IMG/VR virus record: IMGVR_UViG_2872198387_000003
Strand: one strand, 5' to 3'
Length of the DNA stretch: 30,004 nucleotides
Source: a virus
Taxonomy: Duplodnaviria; Heunggongvirae; Uroviricota; Caudoviricetes
Both the position numbers and the translations under genes were made by a program. The notes under the pieces were generated by a model. That model was not told the DNA's origin. It made no database searches and saw only the letters and a program-made list of their open reading frames with translations. This document shows, one piece after another, positions 7,480-17,543 of the stretch (position 1 is the stretch's first letter; the number at the start of each line of letters is the position of its first letter).

Positions 7480-8021
7480 ATGGCTACTATCCCTGCCCTT
7501 TCTCACCCTGACGTAACCATCGAAAACGGTCGCGCTGTCACTACGTCTGTTGCGGTTGCAGAGTTCTTCCACAAACGACACGACAATGTGTTACGTGCCA
7601 TCGCAAATACTGAATGCTCACCTGAATTTAACGCCCTCAATTTTGAGGACGTCACCTACACCGACACCAAAGGCGAAAAACGTCCAATGTACCAAATCAC
7701 CAAAAACGGCTTCGTTTTCCTGGTGATGGGCTTCACTGGGAAAAAAGCCGCTGCATTCAAAGAGGCCTACATCGCTGATGTTCGACCGCATGGAGGCAGA
7801 ACTGCACCAGAATAATACCCCGTCCGCTGACAAGATGATTCCGGGTAACGGTCGCACTCTGGTTGTGCACTTCGACGAACACGGCAATATCAGATTCACC
7901 GAAACTGTTCCTGACGGTGCACTGGTCTGTACCCTGGATACTTTCCAGTTTTATCTGGAAAAACAGGGGTGGGCTCTTGTAAACCGGAGCGCAATTAAAA
8001 ATATGACCGTAGAGCAGCTGC
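7480..8021 (+). pseudogene. rha: Rha-family phage regulatory protein, frameshifted and interrupted by IS2
   Basis: ATG 7480 follows GAGGA. Motifs VTTSVAVAEFFHKRHDNVLRAI and GFVFLVMGFTGKKAAAFKEAYIA are present. The frame breaks near 7780 and continues in another frame (FDRMEAELHQ...). IS2 sits 4 codons before the original stop (tail at 9358-9371). Confidence 0.75.
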
Positions 8022-8112
8022 TAGACTGGCCCCCTGAATCTCCAGACAACCAGTATCACTTATTTAAGTGATAGTCTTAATACTAGTTTTTAGACTAGTC
8101 ATTGGAGAACAG

Positions 8113-8478
8113 ATGATTGATGTCTTAGGGCCGGAGAAACGCAGACGGCGTACCACACAGGAAAAGATCGCAATTGTTCAGCAGAGCTTTGAACCGGGGA
8201 TGACGGTCTCCCTCGTTGCCCGGCAACATGGTGTAGCAGCCAGCCAGTTATTTCTCTGGCGTAAGCAATACCAGGAAGGAAGTCTTACTGCTGTGGCCGC
8301 CGGAGAACAGGTTGTTCCTGCCTCTGAACTTGCTGCCGCCATGAAGCAGATTAAAGAACTCCAGCGCCTGCTCGGCAAGAAAACGATGAAAAATGAACTC
8401 CTCAAAGAAGCCGTTGAATATGGACGGGCAAAAAAGTGGATAGCGCACGCGCCCTTATTGCCCGGGGATGGGGAGTAA
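8113..8478 (+). CDS. insC: IS2 OrfA (InsC)
   Basis: 121 aa [26 protein letters not shown]... The ORF-track start at 8068 is an upstream extension. Confidence 0.9.
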   Translation: MIDVLGPEKRRRRTTQEKIAIVQQSFEPGMTVSLVARQHGVAASQLFLWRKQYQEGSLTAVAAGEQVVPASELAAAMKQIKELQRLLGKKTMKNELLKEAVEYGRAKKWIAHAPLLPGDGE

Positions 8479-9341
8479 GCTTAGTCAGCCGTTGTCTCCG
8501 GGTGTCGCGTGCGCAGTTGCACGTCATTCTCAGACGAACCGATGACTGGATGGATGGCCGCCGCAGTCGTCACACTGATGATACGGATGTGCTTCTCCGT
8601 ATACACCATGTTATCGGAGAGCTGCCCACGTATGGTTATCGTCGGGTATGGGCGCTGCTTCGCAGACAGGCAGAACTTGATGGTATGCCTGCGATCAATG
8701 CCAAACGTGTTTACCGGCTCATGCGCCAGAATGCGCTGTTGCTTGAGCGAAAACCTGCTGTACCGCCATCGAAACGGGCACATACAGGCAGAGTGGCCGT
8801 GAAAGAAAGCAATCAGCGATGGTGCTCTGACGGGTTCGAGTTCTGCTGTGATAACGGAGAGAGACTGCGTGTCACGTTCGCGCTGGACTGCTGTGATCGT
8901 GAGGCACTGCACTGGGCGGTGACTACCGGCGGCTTCAACAGTGAAACAGTACAGGACGTCATGCTGGGAGCAGTGGAACGCCGCTTCGGCAACGATCTTC
9001 CGTCGTCTCCAGTGGAGTGGCTGACGGATAATGGTTCATGCTACCGGGCTAATGAAACACGCCAGTTCGCCCGGATGTTGGGACTTGAACCGAAGAACAC
9101 GGCGGTGCGGAGTCCGGAGAGTAACGGAATAGCAGAGAGCTTCGTGAAAACGATAAAGCGTGACTACATCAGTATCATGCCCAAACCAGACGGGTTAACG
9201 GCAGCAAAGAACCTTGCAGAGGCGTTCGAGCATTATAACGAATGGCATCCGCATAGTGCGCTGGGTTATCGCTCGCCACGGGAATATCTGCGGCAGCGGG
9301 CTTGTAATGGGTTAAGTGATAACAGATGTCTGGAAATATAG
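8436..9341 (+). CDS. insD: IS2 OrfB (InsD, DDE transposase)
   Basis: 301-aa ORF overlapping orfA in the -1 frame, with a DDE region ...WCSDGF..., ...LTDNGSCY..., ...SNGIAESF... Confidence 0.9.
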   Translation: MDSARALIARGWGVSLVSRCLRVSRAQLHVILRRTDDWMDGRRSRHTDDTDVLLRIHHVIGELPTYGYRRVWALLRRQAELDGMPAINAKRVYRLMRQNALLLERKPAVPPSKRAHTGRVAVKESNQRWCSDGFEFCCDNGERLRVTFALDCCDREALHWAVTTGGFNSETVQDVMLGAVERRFGNDLPSSPVEWLTDNGSCYRANETRQFARMLGLEPKNTAVRSPESNGIAESFVKTIKRDYISIMPKPDGLTAAKNLAEAFEHYNEWHPHSALGYRSPREYLRQRACNGLSDNRCLEI

Positions 9342-9417
9342 GGGCAAATCCAGCTGCTAAGTATTAAATAACTTTCCTGAGATTTCCTTTGTAAGACTGT
9401 TTATTAAGGAGGCTTCC

Positions 9418-9639
9418 ATGATTGCTCATCACTTCGGAACTGATGAAATACCACGTCAGTGTGTGACTCCTGGCGATTATGTTCTTCATGAAGGTCGGAC
9501 ATATATCGCCTCGGCAAACAATATTAAAAAGCGAAAACTTTATATTCGTAGCCTGACTACAAAAACATGCATTTCTGACTGCATGATTAAAGTCTTCCTC
9601 GGTCGTGATGGTTTACCTGTAAAGGCGGAGTCATGGTAA
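9418..9639 (+). CDS. kilR: Rac-type cell-division (FtsZ) inhibitor KilR
   Basis: 73 aa [44 protein letters not shown]... recognised as KilR from memory. SD AAGGAGG upstream. Confidence 0.8.
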   Translation: MIAHHFGTDEIPRQCVTPGDYVLHEGRTYIASANNIKKRKLYIRSLTTKTCISDCMIKVFLGRDGLPVKAESW

Positions 9640-9809
9640 TGACTAAGAAAATAAAATGTGCTTATCACCTTTGCAATAAAGAAATTGAAGAAAGCAAAAT
9701 CATTACAAGACCACTTCATTTCATGCGTGGAGTTATACCAACGACGGAAATGAAAAAATATTGTAGTGAAATCTGTGCCGAAAAAGACCAGATGGCACAC
9801 GAACTTTAA
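9639..9809 (+). CDS. ydaE: Rac-type small zinc-binding protein YdaE
   Basis: 56-aa ORF, below the track cutoff: [61 protein letters not shown] overlap with the kilR stop. Confidence 0.75.
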   Translation: MTKKIKCAYHLCNKEIEESKIITRPLHFMRGVIPTTEMKKYCSEICAEKDQMAHEL

Positions 9810-9883
9810 TTAACTGACTATCCGAAACTGAATTTATGCCAGCAATGGCAGGGATTCGCTCAACCTTAATTAAGGAGAAAAAC

Positions 9884-10159
9884 ATGATTACCAGTTATGA
9901 AGCCACTGTTGTAACTACTGATGACATTGTTCACGAGGTTAATCTGGAAGGAAAGCGTATTGGCTACGTGATTAAGACAGAAAATAAAGAAACCCCATTC
10001 ACTGTGGTTGATATCGACGGTCCATCAGGCAACGTTAAAACACTTAACGATGGTGTAAAAAAAATGTGTCTGGTGCACATAGGAAAGAATCTGCCCGCAG
10101 AAAAAAAAGCCGAATTTCTGGCAACTCTGATTGCAATGAAATTAAAAGGTGAAATCTGA
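9884..10159 (+). CDS. racC: Rac-type protein RacC
   Basis: 91 aa from the ATG after AAGGAG: MITSYEATVVTTDDIVHEVNLEGKRIGYVIKTENKETPF... recognised as RacC from memory. Confidence 0.8.
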   Translation: MITSYEATVVTTDDIVHEVNLEGKRIGYVIKTENKETPFTVVDIDGPSGNVKTLNDGVKKMCLVHIGKNLPAEKKAEFLATLIAMKLKGEI

Positions 10160-10258
10160 AAAAAAGAAAGCCTGCACACTGTGCAGGCCTGAATGAAGAA
10201 CCTGGGACATTTATTCATCACTCGCAGTAATTTTAATCTGAGTTGAGGTTAAAAAACA

Positions 10259-11675
10259 ATGAACACCGATAAACAAGTTTACCCACTGTATTACGAAGCA
10301 AAAAATGACAAAGTAAGAAAACGTCTCGGTATTAAAGGCGGTTTTTACTGGGCTGAAGCGAAAAAATTATCCATTGCCATCTCCCGTGGTGCTGTTGCGA
10401 TTGACGATGCAGGCTACGATGAAGATGACTTTAAAAAACCTGTTCGCGTCAATTTGCCCGTTGTTGATGACCTCCCGCCAGAAGGCGTATTTGATACGGA
10501 ATTCTGCAACCGTTACGAAAAAGGCGGGGAAGATGGCATCACAATGGTATTTATCGCATCTTCTCCCTCTGTTCAGGACAAACCGGCCAGCACTGACAAT
10601 ACCAACGTCAACGGCGAAGACATGACAGAAATTGAGGAGAACATGCTCCTGCCAGTTTCCGGTCAGGAACTGCCCATTCGCTGGCTTGCGCAACACGGCA
10701 GCGAAAAACCAGTAACGCACGTTTCACGCGACGAACTCCAGGCATTACACATTGCTCGGGATGAAGAACTACCAGCTGTTACTGCCCTGGCTGTTTCCCA
10801 CAAAACCAGCCTGCTCGATCCGCTGGAAATTCGCGATCTCCACAAACTGGTGCGTGATACTGACAGAGTTTTCCCTAATCCAGGCAATTCAAGCCTGGGG
10901 CTGATGACTGCTTTTTTCGAAGCATACATGGACGCAGACTACACCGATCGCGGTCTGCTGACAAAAGAGTGGATGAAAGGAAATCGTGTTTCACGCATCA
11001 CGCGCACGGCTTCCGGCGCTAATGCTGGCGGCGGGAACCTCACCGATCGCGGCGAAGGTTTCGTTCACGATCTGACGTCACTGGCGCGCGACGTAGCCAC
11101 TGGCGTACTGGCTCGTTCAATGGACGTGGACATTTATAACCTTCATCCGGCACACGCTAAACGTGTCGAGGAAATTATCGCTGAAAATAAACCGCCCTTT
11201 TCTGTTTTCCGCGACAAATTCATCACCATGCCTGGCGGGATGGATTATTCCCGCGCCATCGTGGTTGCGTCAGTGAAAGAAGCACCGATTGGTATCGAGG
11301 TCATCCCCGCTCACGTCACTGAATATCTGAACAAGGTACTGACTGAAACCGATCATGCCAACCCTGATCCGGAAATCGTGGATATTGCCTGCGGTCGCTC
11401 CTCTGCCCCGATGCCGCAACGTGTAACAGAAGAAGGAAAACAGGATGATGAAGAAAAAACGCAGCCATCTGGCGCAATGGCAGATGAACAGGCAACGGCT
11501 GAAACAATGGAACCGGATGCAACTGAACATCATCAGAACACGCAGCCGCTGGATGCTCAGTCACAGGTAAATTCTGTTGATGAGAAATATCAGGAACTAC
11601 GGGCAGAACTCCATGAAGCCCGGAAAAACATTCCGCCCAAAAATCCTGTCGATGCAGACAAATTACTGGCTGCCT
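10259..11675 (+). pseudogene. recE: exodeoxyribonuclease VIII (RecE), N-terminal 470 aa only
   Basis: ...[45 protein letters not shown]...[17 protein letters not shown] matches remembered Rac RecE. The C-terminal nuclease domain and recT are absent. Reading stops in IS600-derived sequence at 11676. Confidence 0.85.
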
Positions 11676-11687
11676 TGAGGTAGCCTG
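11676..11687 (+). other. 12-bp fragment of the IS600 orfA-proximal terminus
   Basis: TGAGGTAGCCTG equals the first 12 nt of the IS600 end seen intact at 28305. It directly abuts the opposite terminus of IS600 copy 2. Confidence 0.6.
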
Positions 11688-11730
11688 TGAGGTGTACTGG
11701 CAATAGCGGACACTACCATTTGTTCTTTTT

Positions 11731-12549
11731 TTAAGCAGCCATCTGATGATATTTTTCCCTGAAGGCTGCCGGGGAGATATTCCCCAGACGAGAGTGACGA
11801 CGCTGACGATTGTAGAAAATCTCAATGTATTCCCGTATTACTGAGGTGGCTTCATCCCGGTTATTAAAACGATAGTGGCTCAGGCTCTCATTTTTCAGCG
11901 TTCCCCAGAAGCTTTCCATCGGAGCGTTGTCGTAACAGTTACCTTTACGCGACATTGATGTTTTCAGACCAGACTGCTCCTGTATGACCCGGTAATCGTA
12001 TGCGCAGTACTGTGAACCTCGATCAGAGTGGTGGATTAGCCCGGCAGGTGGGCGCTGGCTCCTGAGCGCCATAAACAGGGCTTTACCTGTCAGCTCTTTT
12101 GTCATGCGCTCTCCCATGGCGTAGCCGACAATTTCACACGTATAAACATCTTTGATGCCAGCGAGGTACAACCATCCCTCCTGTGTGGCAACATACGTCA
12201 GGTCCGCCACCCAGACCTGATTTGGTGCTGTAGGAGCGAACGTCTGGTTCAGCAGATTTGGCGCAACTGGCAGATTGTGGTTCGGGTTCGTAGTCGCTCT
12301 GAACTTGCGTTTCTGCTTACAGCGTAGCCTCAGCTCCTTACGAAGACGTGCCAGTCGGTCACGACCAACGATGATGCCATTCTCTGCCAGCTCCGTCTGG
12401 AGCCGCCGGGTTCCATATGTTTCGCGAGTGCGGATATGTGCCACCTTAATCTCCAGTTTTAGCCGCTCATCACTTTGTTTTCTGTCTGAGGGTTCATGCT
12501 GTACCCAGTTGTAATAACCGCTCCTGGATACACCAAATACCTGACACAT
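11731..12549 (-). CDS. IS600 OrfB
   Basis: 272-aa ORF with one substitution relative to the other copies (EATSVIREY versus EAISVIREY). Confidence 0.9.
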   Translation of the reverse strand: MCQVFGVSRSGYYNWVQHEPSDRKQSDERLKLEIKVAHIRTRETYGTRRLQTELAENGIIVGRDRLARLRKELRLRCKQKRKFRATTNPNHNLPVAPNLLNQTFAPTAPNQVWVADLTYVATQEGWLYLAGIKDVYTCEIVGYAMGERMTKELTGKALFMALRSQRPPAGLIHHSDRGSQYCAYDYRVIQEQSGLKTSMSRKGNCYDNAPMESFWGTLKNESLSHYRFNNRDEATSVIREYIEIFYNRQRRHSRLGNISPAAFREKYHQMAA

Positions 12550-12584
12550 CGCTTCAATGGGAAATTGTTGTCGCCATTGTTCGA

Positions 12585-12887
12585 TTAACGCGTATTTTTC
12601 AGCGACTCCTGTGCAAAATACGCTGTTGCTTTTTTTAATATATCTCGCTCAAGGCGAGCTTCATTTAACGCCTTACGCAGTTGCAGAATTTCAGATTCCA
12701 GTTCAGCCACCGTGCGGGAACCAGGAGTACCGAGCCCTTTTCTGGCGGCGGTAACCCATTGTCCTAAAGTGCCTTCAGGAAGAGATAATCGGGAAGCGCC
12801 TTCACTGATCGAAAGTTGATTTTCAAGAACCGTTCTGACAGCTTCGGCTTTGAACTCTTTAGAGTAACGTTGGGTTTTTCTGCTCAT
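12585..12887 (-). CDS. IS600 OrfA
   Basis: Identical 100-aa ORF. Confidence 0.9.
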   Translation of the reverse strand: MSRKTQRYSKEFKAEAVRTVLENQLSISEGASRLSLPEGTLGQWVTAARKGLGTPGSRTVAELESEILQLRKALNEARLERDILKKATAYFAQESLKNTR

Positions 12888-12960
12888 TATTAGCTCCTTC
12901 TGATGCCATTCTATTTCAGGAAGGAGTGTCCGTTAAACTCAGGCTACCTCAGTATTCCCT

Positions 12961-13100
12961 TAGAGTTAATCTTTAATTGGTCTTTAATTAAATCTTTTAT
13001 TTAATACTTAAAGTTAATCTCTAATTGTGTCTTTAAGTTAACTTTAAGTAATACTATAAGTTAATCTTTAATTGTGTCTTTAAGTTAACTTTAAGTTAAG
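12961..13100. repeat. three tandem ~48-bp AT-rich units containing CTTAAAG-type motifs
   Basis: Units lie at 12961-13008 (diverged), 13009-13056 and 13057-13100: TAAGTTAATCTTTAATTGTGTCTTTAAGTTAACTTTAAGT.... On the minus strand they are preceded by the palindrome GTCCCTACAGGGGC (13099-13112). Confidence 0.85.
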
Positions 13101-13293
13101 CCCCTGTAGGGACTAGAGACCATAATTAAGATGATTGTGTCTTATTGCTATTCACTTATCGACTGACCCAGAGCACACAGGAAGCATTCACTTTAAGTAG
13201 AACGCTTGGTGTCTGTAATTGGTCATCCCGCCCCTGAAAGGATGCGATAAGTTACGGTTAGTTGTCCTAGAAGAGAAAACTTTTTGTGTCCCT

Positions 13294-13316
13294 TCTCCCT
13301 ATAGTGAGTCGTATTA
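13294..13316 (-). promoter_or_regulatory. T7 RNA polymerase class III-type promoter (23/23 consensus)
   Basis: The minus strand reads TAATACGACTCACTATAGGGAGA. The +1 G is at 13299, and transcription would run toward 12952. Confidence 0.85.
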
Positions 13317-13404
13317 ATTATCCCTTGATAAGTAGAGAAAACTATGAGTCAAAAACATGACCACACAGGTCTGTAGTAAGTGTCATCCTAGACTATGGTC
13401 TCCT

Positions 13405-13607
13405 CTAGGTCTCCTTATAAACATCAGCCATCACATTGACCAGCCTATCAACCTCGACCTCTTTAGCATAACGGTCGTACGTAATAGACCCTGAACTATG
13501 CCCCATGATCGCCTGTGCATACGCCAACTCGACCCCATGTTGTTTTAACTGGGTCGCAACTGTATGTCTAAACGAGTGAAACGCTATGTAAGTATCCCGC
13601 ATAATCG
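13405..13607 (-). pseudogene. tyrosine integrase, C-terminal fragment
   Basis: ...YIAFHSFRHTVATQLKQHGVELAYAQAIMGHSSGSITYDRYAKEVE... carries the HxxR, GH and catalytic Y motifs. The upstream boundary depends on the unresolved IS end and could reach about 13645. Confidence 0.8.
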
Positions 13608-13665
13608 TGCCATTCACATTTAGAGATCCTCCGGCATACTCAATCTGCCAATTAAGGAGATCGCT

Positions 13666-13932
13666 ATGCGTAAAGCCCGTTTTACTGAGCATCAGATCAT
13701 CGCCGTGATTAAGTCGGTTGAAGCCGGACGAACTGTTAAAGATGTCTGCCGGGAGGCCGGTATCTCTGAAGCCACCTACTACAACTGGAAGTCCAGATAC
13801 GGTGGCATGGAGGCTTCTGATATTAAAAAGATTAAAGAGCTTGAGGACGAGAACCGCCGTCTCAAACAGATGTTTGCCGACCTGAGCCTGGAGAACCGGG
13901 CGCTGAAGGACGTTATCGAAAAAAAGCTTTAA
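13666..13932 (+). CDS. IS3-family OrfA (HTH + leucine zipper)
   Basis: 88 aa MRKARFTEHQIIAVIKSVEAGRTVKDVCREAGISEATYYNWKSRYGG... Confidence 0.85.
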   Translation: MRKARFTEHQIIAVIKSVEAGRTVKDVCREAGISEATYYNWKSRYGGMEASDIKKIKELEDENRRLKQMFADLSLENRALKDVIEKKL

Positions 13933-14777
13933 AACCAGCCTGTAAGCGTGAGCTGGTCACTCATCTGATAACGACATTCGGACTCAGTATCCGTCAGGCC
14001 TGCCGGAGTCTGAACCTGAGCAGAACGGTTTACCATTACCGCCCGGATACCACGCGTGATGAACCCGTTATTGTCGCGTTGCAGGCAGTGGCAGAGCGAT
14101 ACCCACGATACGGTTTTCCGAAACTCTTCCAGGTTCTGCGGCGACAGGGATACCCATGGAATCACAAAAGGATCCACCGTATTTACTGTCTGCTGAAGCT
14201 GAATTTTCGCCGTAAGGGCAAACAACGGTTGCCGGTGCGTAATCCCTCGCCACTGGCCACGTCGGAAGCGCTGAACCAGAGTTGGTCTGTCGATTTTATG
14301 CATGATGCCCTGGTCTGTGGCCGTCGTTTTCGTACGTTCAATGTCGTTGATGACTTTAACCGTGAGGCGTTGTCGATTGAAATCGACCTGAATCTGCCAG
14401 CTCTACGCGTGGTCCGTGTACTCGACAGGATCGCGGCAAACCGTGGCTATCCGGTCAAGCTGCGCATGGATAATGGTCCGGAATTTATCTCCCTGACACT
14501 GGCTGAATGGGCAGAGAAACATGCAGTAAAACTGGAGTTTATCCAGCCGGGTAAGCCGACGCAGAACGCTTTCATTGAGCGCTTTAACCGGACATACCGT
14601 ACAGAAATACTCGATTTTTATCTGTTCAGAACGCTGAATGAAGTGCGGGAAATCACGGAAAAATGGTTGTCAGAATATAACTGTGAACGCCCGCATGAAT
14701 CACTGAACAATATGACGCCAGAGGAATATCGACAACACCATTATTTGGCCGGGATCTCAAAAAATGCCTGGAACTAA
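13926..14777 (+). CDS. IS3-family OrfB (DDE), expressed as an OrfAB fusion by -1 frameshift
   Basis: The frame is open from about 13917: ...KPACKRELVTHLITTFGLSIRQACRSL...WSVDFMHD...RMDNGPEF...NAFIERFN.... The first ATG in this frame is at 14079. Confidence 0.8.
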   Translation, partial: ALKPACKRELVTHLITTFGLSIRQACRSLNLSRTVYHYRPDTTRDEPVIVALQAVAERYPRYGFPKLFQVLRRQGYPWNHKRIHRIYCLLKLNFRRKGKQRLPVRNPSPLATSEALNQSWSVDFMHDALVCGRRFRTFNVVDDFNREALSIEIDLNLPALRVVRVLDRIAANRGYPVKLRMDNGPEFISLTLAEWAEKHAVKLEFIQPGKPTQNAFIERFNRTYRTEILDFYLFRTLNEVREITEKWLSEYNCERPHESLNNMTPEEYRQHHYLAGISKNAWN

Positions 14778-14827
14778 AACGGGTCTATTTACAGCTAAGC
14801 CGCTACGGTCTACGAGGACTTTAGGCA

Positions 14828-15035
14828 ACAACGTCCGATTAAACCATTTACTCACCTGCTCACCGTAACCGTTCTTCATGAGACGCAGACCATCGAACAC
14901 CATAGCGTCATCACCGTCAGCGCCTCTACGGGTCTCTACAAGCGCCATAAAGTCAGCCAATATAAAACCATAGGCCCCATCGACCAGAGGCACACAGCGG
15001 TCACTATGAGCGTTCTTGATGCTCTTACCGGGTAG
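14828..15035 (-). pseudogene. tyrosine integrase, middle fragment
   Basis: LPGKSIKNAHSDRCVPLVDGAYGFILADFMALVE...VSKWFNRTLL(PKVLVDRSG). This is the typical ...R.VPL segment after the catalytic Arg. It is cut by IS911 at 15036. Confidence 0.7.
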
Positions 15036-15107
15036 TGAAGTGGCACACTGAATTTGGCCACCTGAACAGAGGTGATATGCTCACCTCAGAACAACACAGG
15101 TGCTCCA

Positions 15108-16276
<1,169 letters not shown>

Positions 16277-16284
16277 CCACTTCA

Positions 16285-16357
16285 AGTAGTAGACGCCGTT
16301 ACGCTGGTAGAGATAGTAGACTGCTGGAAGTTTGTGACTACTGGATAGCTGAATCAT
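16285..16357 (-). pseudogene. tyrosine integrase, N-terminal 24 codons
   Basis: MIQLSSSHKLPAVYYLYQRNGVYY is an integrase-type N-terminus (...NGVYY(FR)). It starts 115 nt downstream of tRNA-Gly on the same strand and is cut by IS911. Confidence 0.55.
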
Positions 16358-16471
16358 ATGTCTGTATGCCCTGAGAGGGTTACACAGTGGGTTACAGTAA
16401 GTAACTCTGCAAGGAGGCTTAAAGCCGTATCCCTTAGGATTCAGTAGGTTGGAGTACTTTAAGAAAGGTCA

Positions 16472-16546
<75 letters not shown>

Positions 16547-16549
16547 ATA

Positions 16550-16625
<76 letters not shown>

Positions 16626-16627
16626 GC

Positions 16628-16704
16628 TGGCCCACCACCGAGGACTCGAACCTCGCACCGTCAACTTAGAAGGTTGATGCTCTATCCGGATGAGCTAGTG
16701 GTGG
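16628..16704 (-). tRNA. tRNA-Arg (anticodon UCU)
   Basis: CCACCACTAGCTCATCCGGATAGAGCATCAACCTTCTAAGTTGACGGTGCGAGGTTCGAGTCCTCGGTGGTGGGCCA. All stems are perfect. The first base pair is an unusual C1-G72. Confidence 0.85.
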
Positions 16705-16705
16705 T

Positions 16706-16782
16706 TGGTGGCCCTTGCTGGACTTGAACCAGCGACCTGGCGATTATGAGTCGCTCGCTCTGACCAACTGAGCTAAAGGGCC
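16706..16782 (-). tRNA. tRNA-Ile2-like (anticodon CAU, ileX/ileZ type)
   Basis: GGCCCTTTAGCTCAGTTGGTCAGAGCGAGCGACTCATAATCGCCAGGTCGCTGGTTCAAGTCCAGCAAGGGCCACCA. The T-arm and anticodon arm closely resemble remembered ileX rather than the elongator Met tRNA. Confidence 0.85.
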
Positions 16783-16870
16783 GGAGGCAGAATAATAACC
16801 ATATGTCATCACATCTGCAAACTCATCTGACCACCAGCGCGTTTAACGCCCTGTGCCATTTTTCAGGCAC

Positions 16871-16894
16871 AAAAAAACCCGCATAAAGCGGGTT
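16871..16894 (-). terminator. intrinsic terminator after ant
   Basis: The minus strand reads ACCCGC-tttat-GCGGGT followed by T7, about 95 nt after the ant stop. Confidence 0.75.
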
Positions 16895-17543
16895 CTTTCA
16901 AGTGTCCATGTCTGCTATTCGCCTCGCGATACAGCTTTGCGAAGCTTACCGGAATTGAAGCAGTTTATGTGCAAAAATGCAAGAACTTTTTTAAAGCTGC
17001 ATCAACCTTTCCACCAGTTTATCTCTGCGAACAACAAACCAACCATTGGCTCTCGCCAGTTCCAGCCATGACTCAAGGGAAATAACAATATCATCATCCC
17101 GTAACTGAATTGTGGAAACAGTGACACCGCCTCTCTGATAACAGAGAACTCGCGTGTCGTAACTTTTCTGGCATGAAACTGGCGTTGACGGATCCCTTTG
17201 ACTGAAATAGCAGTCTTCCAGTTTTTCGAACACATCCCACGCCTGATCGGTTTCGAGCATTTTGCCGTGGCGTGCTGCGCCTCGTTCTGTCCAGAGGATG
17301 AGGGAGCGGGCTTTGGGTGAAACTGGATTTTGTGAGTAGTTTAAAGCGACCCGCAATTCTTTAAGGTCATTACCAACAACTTTGAAAAAGTGTTTCCCTT
17401 CAACGAAGCGTACTTTGTTCTCATGATGATTCTGGCGAATACGCACCGGCTCAGTGCCGTAAAGCTGCGCCAAAAGTTCGGTGGTAATAACAGGAATCTG
17501 TGAGGTGTACTGGCAATAGCGGACACTACCATTTGTTCTTTTT

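Larger units (their letters stand above)
8022..9352 (+). mobile_element. IS2 copy 1, simple insertion
   Basis: 1331 bp with ends TAGACTGGCCCCCTGAATCTCC ... GGGGCAAATCCA. 5-bp direct repeat GCTGC (8017-8021 and 9353-9357). Confidence 0.95.
11688..12951 (-). mobile_element. IS600 copy 2, no target duplication
   Basis: 1264 bp with the same termini as copy 1. Flanks are ...CTG (inside the 12-bp IS600 fragment) and GTA..., so there is no direct repeat. Confidence 0.95.
13608..14827 (+). mobile_element. IS3-family element (IS407/IS2-like subgroup) inserted in the integrase; ends approximate
   Basis: orfA plus a -1-frame orfB with the slippery run GAAAAAAAG at 13918-13926. The termini could not be fixed: candidates are TGCC... 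at 13608 with ...GGCA at 14827, or 13646 with 14793. No clear TSD. Confidence 0.7.

Noticed and set aside
12961-13100. The tandem repeats as a CRISPR array.
   Set aside because: The units are contiguous ~48-bp copies with no unique spacers, they are AT-rich, and no cas genes are nearby.
13294-13316. The T7 promoter as cloning-vector or synthetic contamination.
   Set aside because: The flanks show no polylinker, lacZ-alpha, lac operator or pET-type leader. They consist instead of an integrase 3' end and T7-group-like AT-rich repeats, bounded by bona fide IS600 and IS ends. Contamination cannot be fully excluded without the reads.
13113-13407. An imperfect inverted repeat (core GAGACCATA at 13117-13125 and TATGGTCTC at 13394-13402) brackets the T7 promoter next to a recombinase gene, suggesting a fim-like invertible switch.
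   Set aside because: A 9-bp inverted match within about 450 bp is expected by chance at roughly 0.4 occurrences, and the extended arms need gaps. The evidence is not strong enough.
16285-16471. Shiga-toxin genes or lysis genes expected downstream of Q and the tRNAs, as in Stx phages.
   Set aside because: No stxA/stxB-like, holin or endolysin ORF is present. The tRNA array is followed directly by the integrase fragment and IS911.
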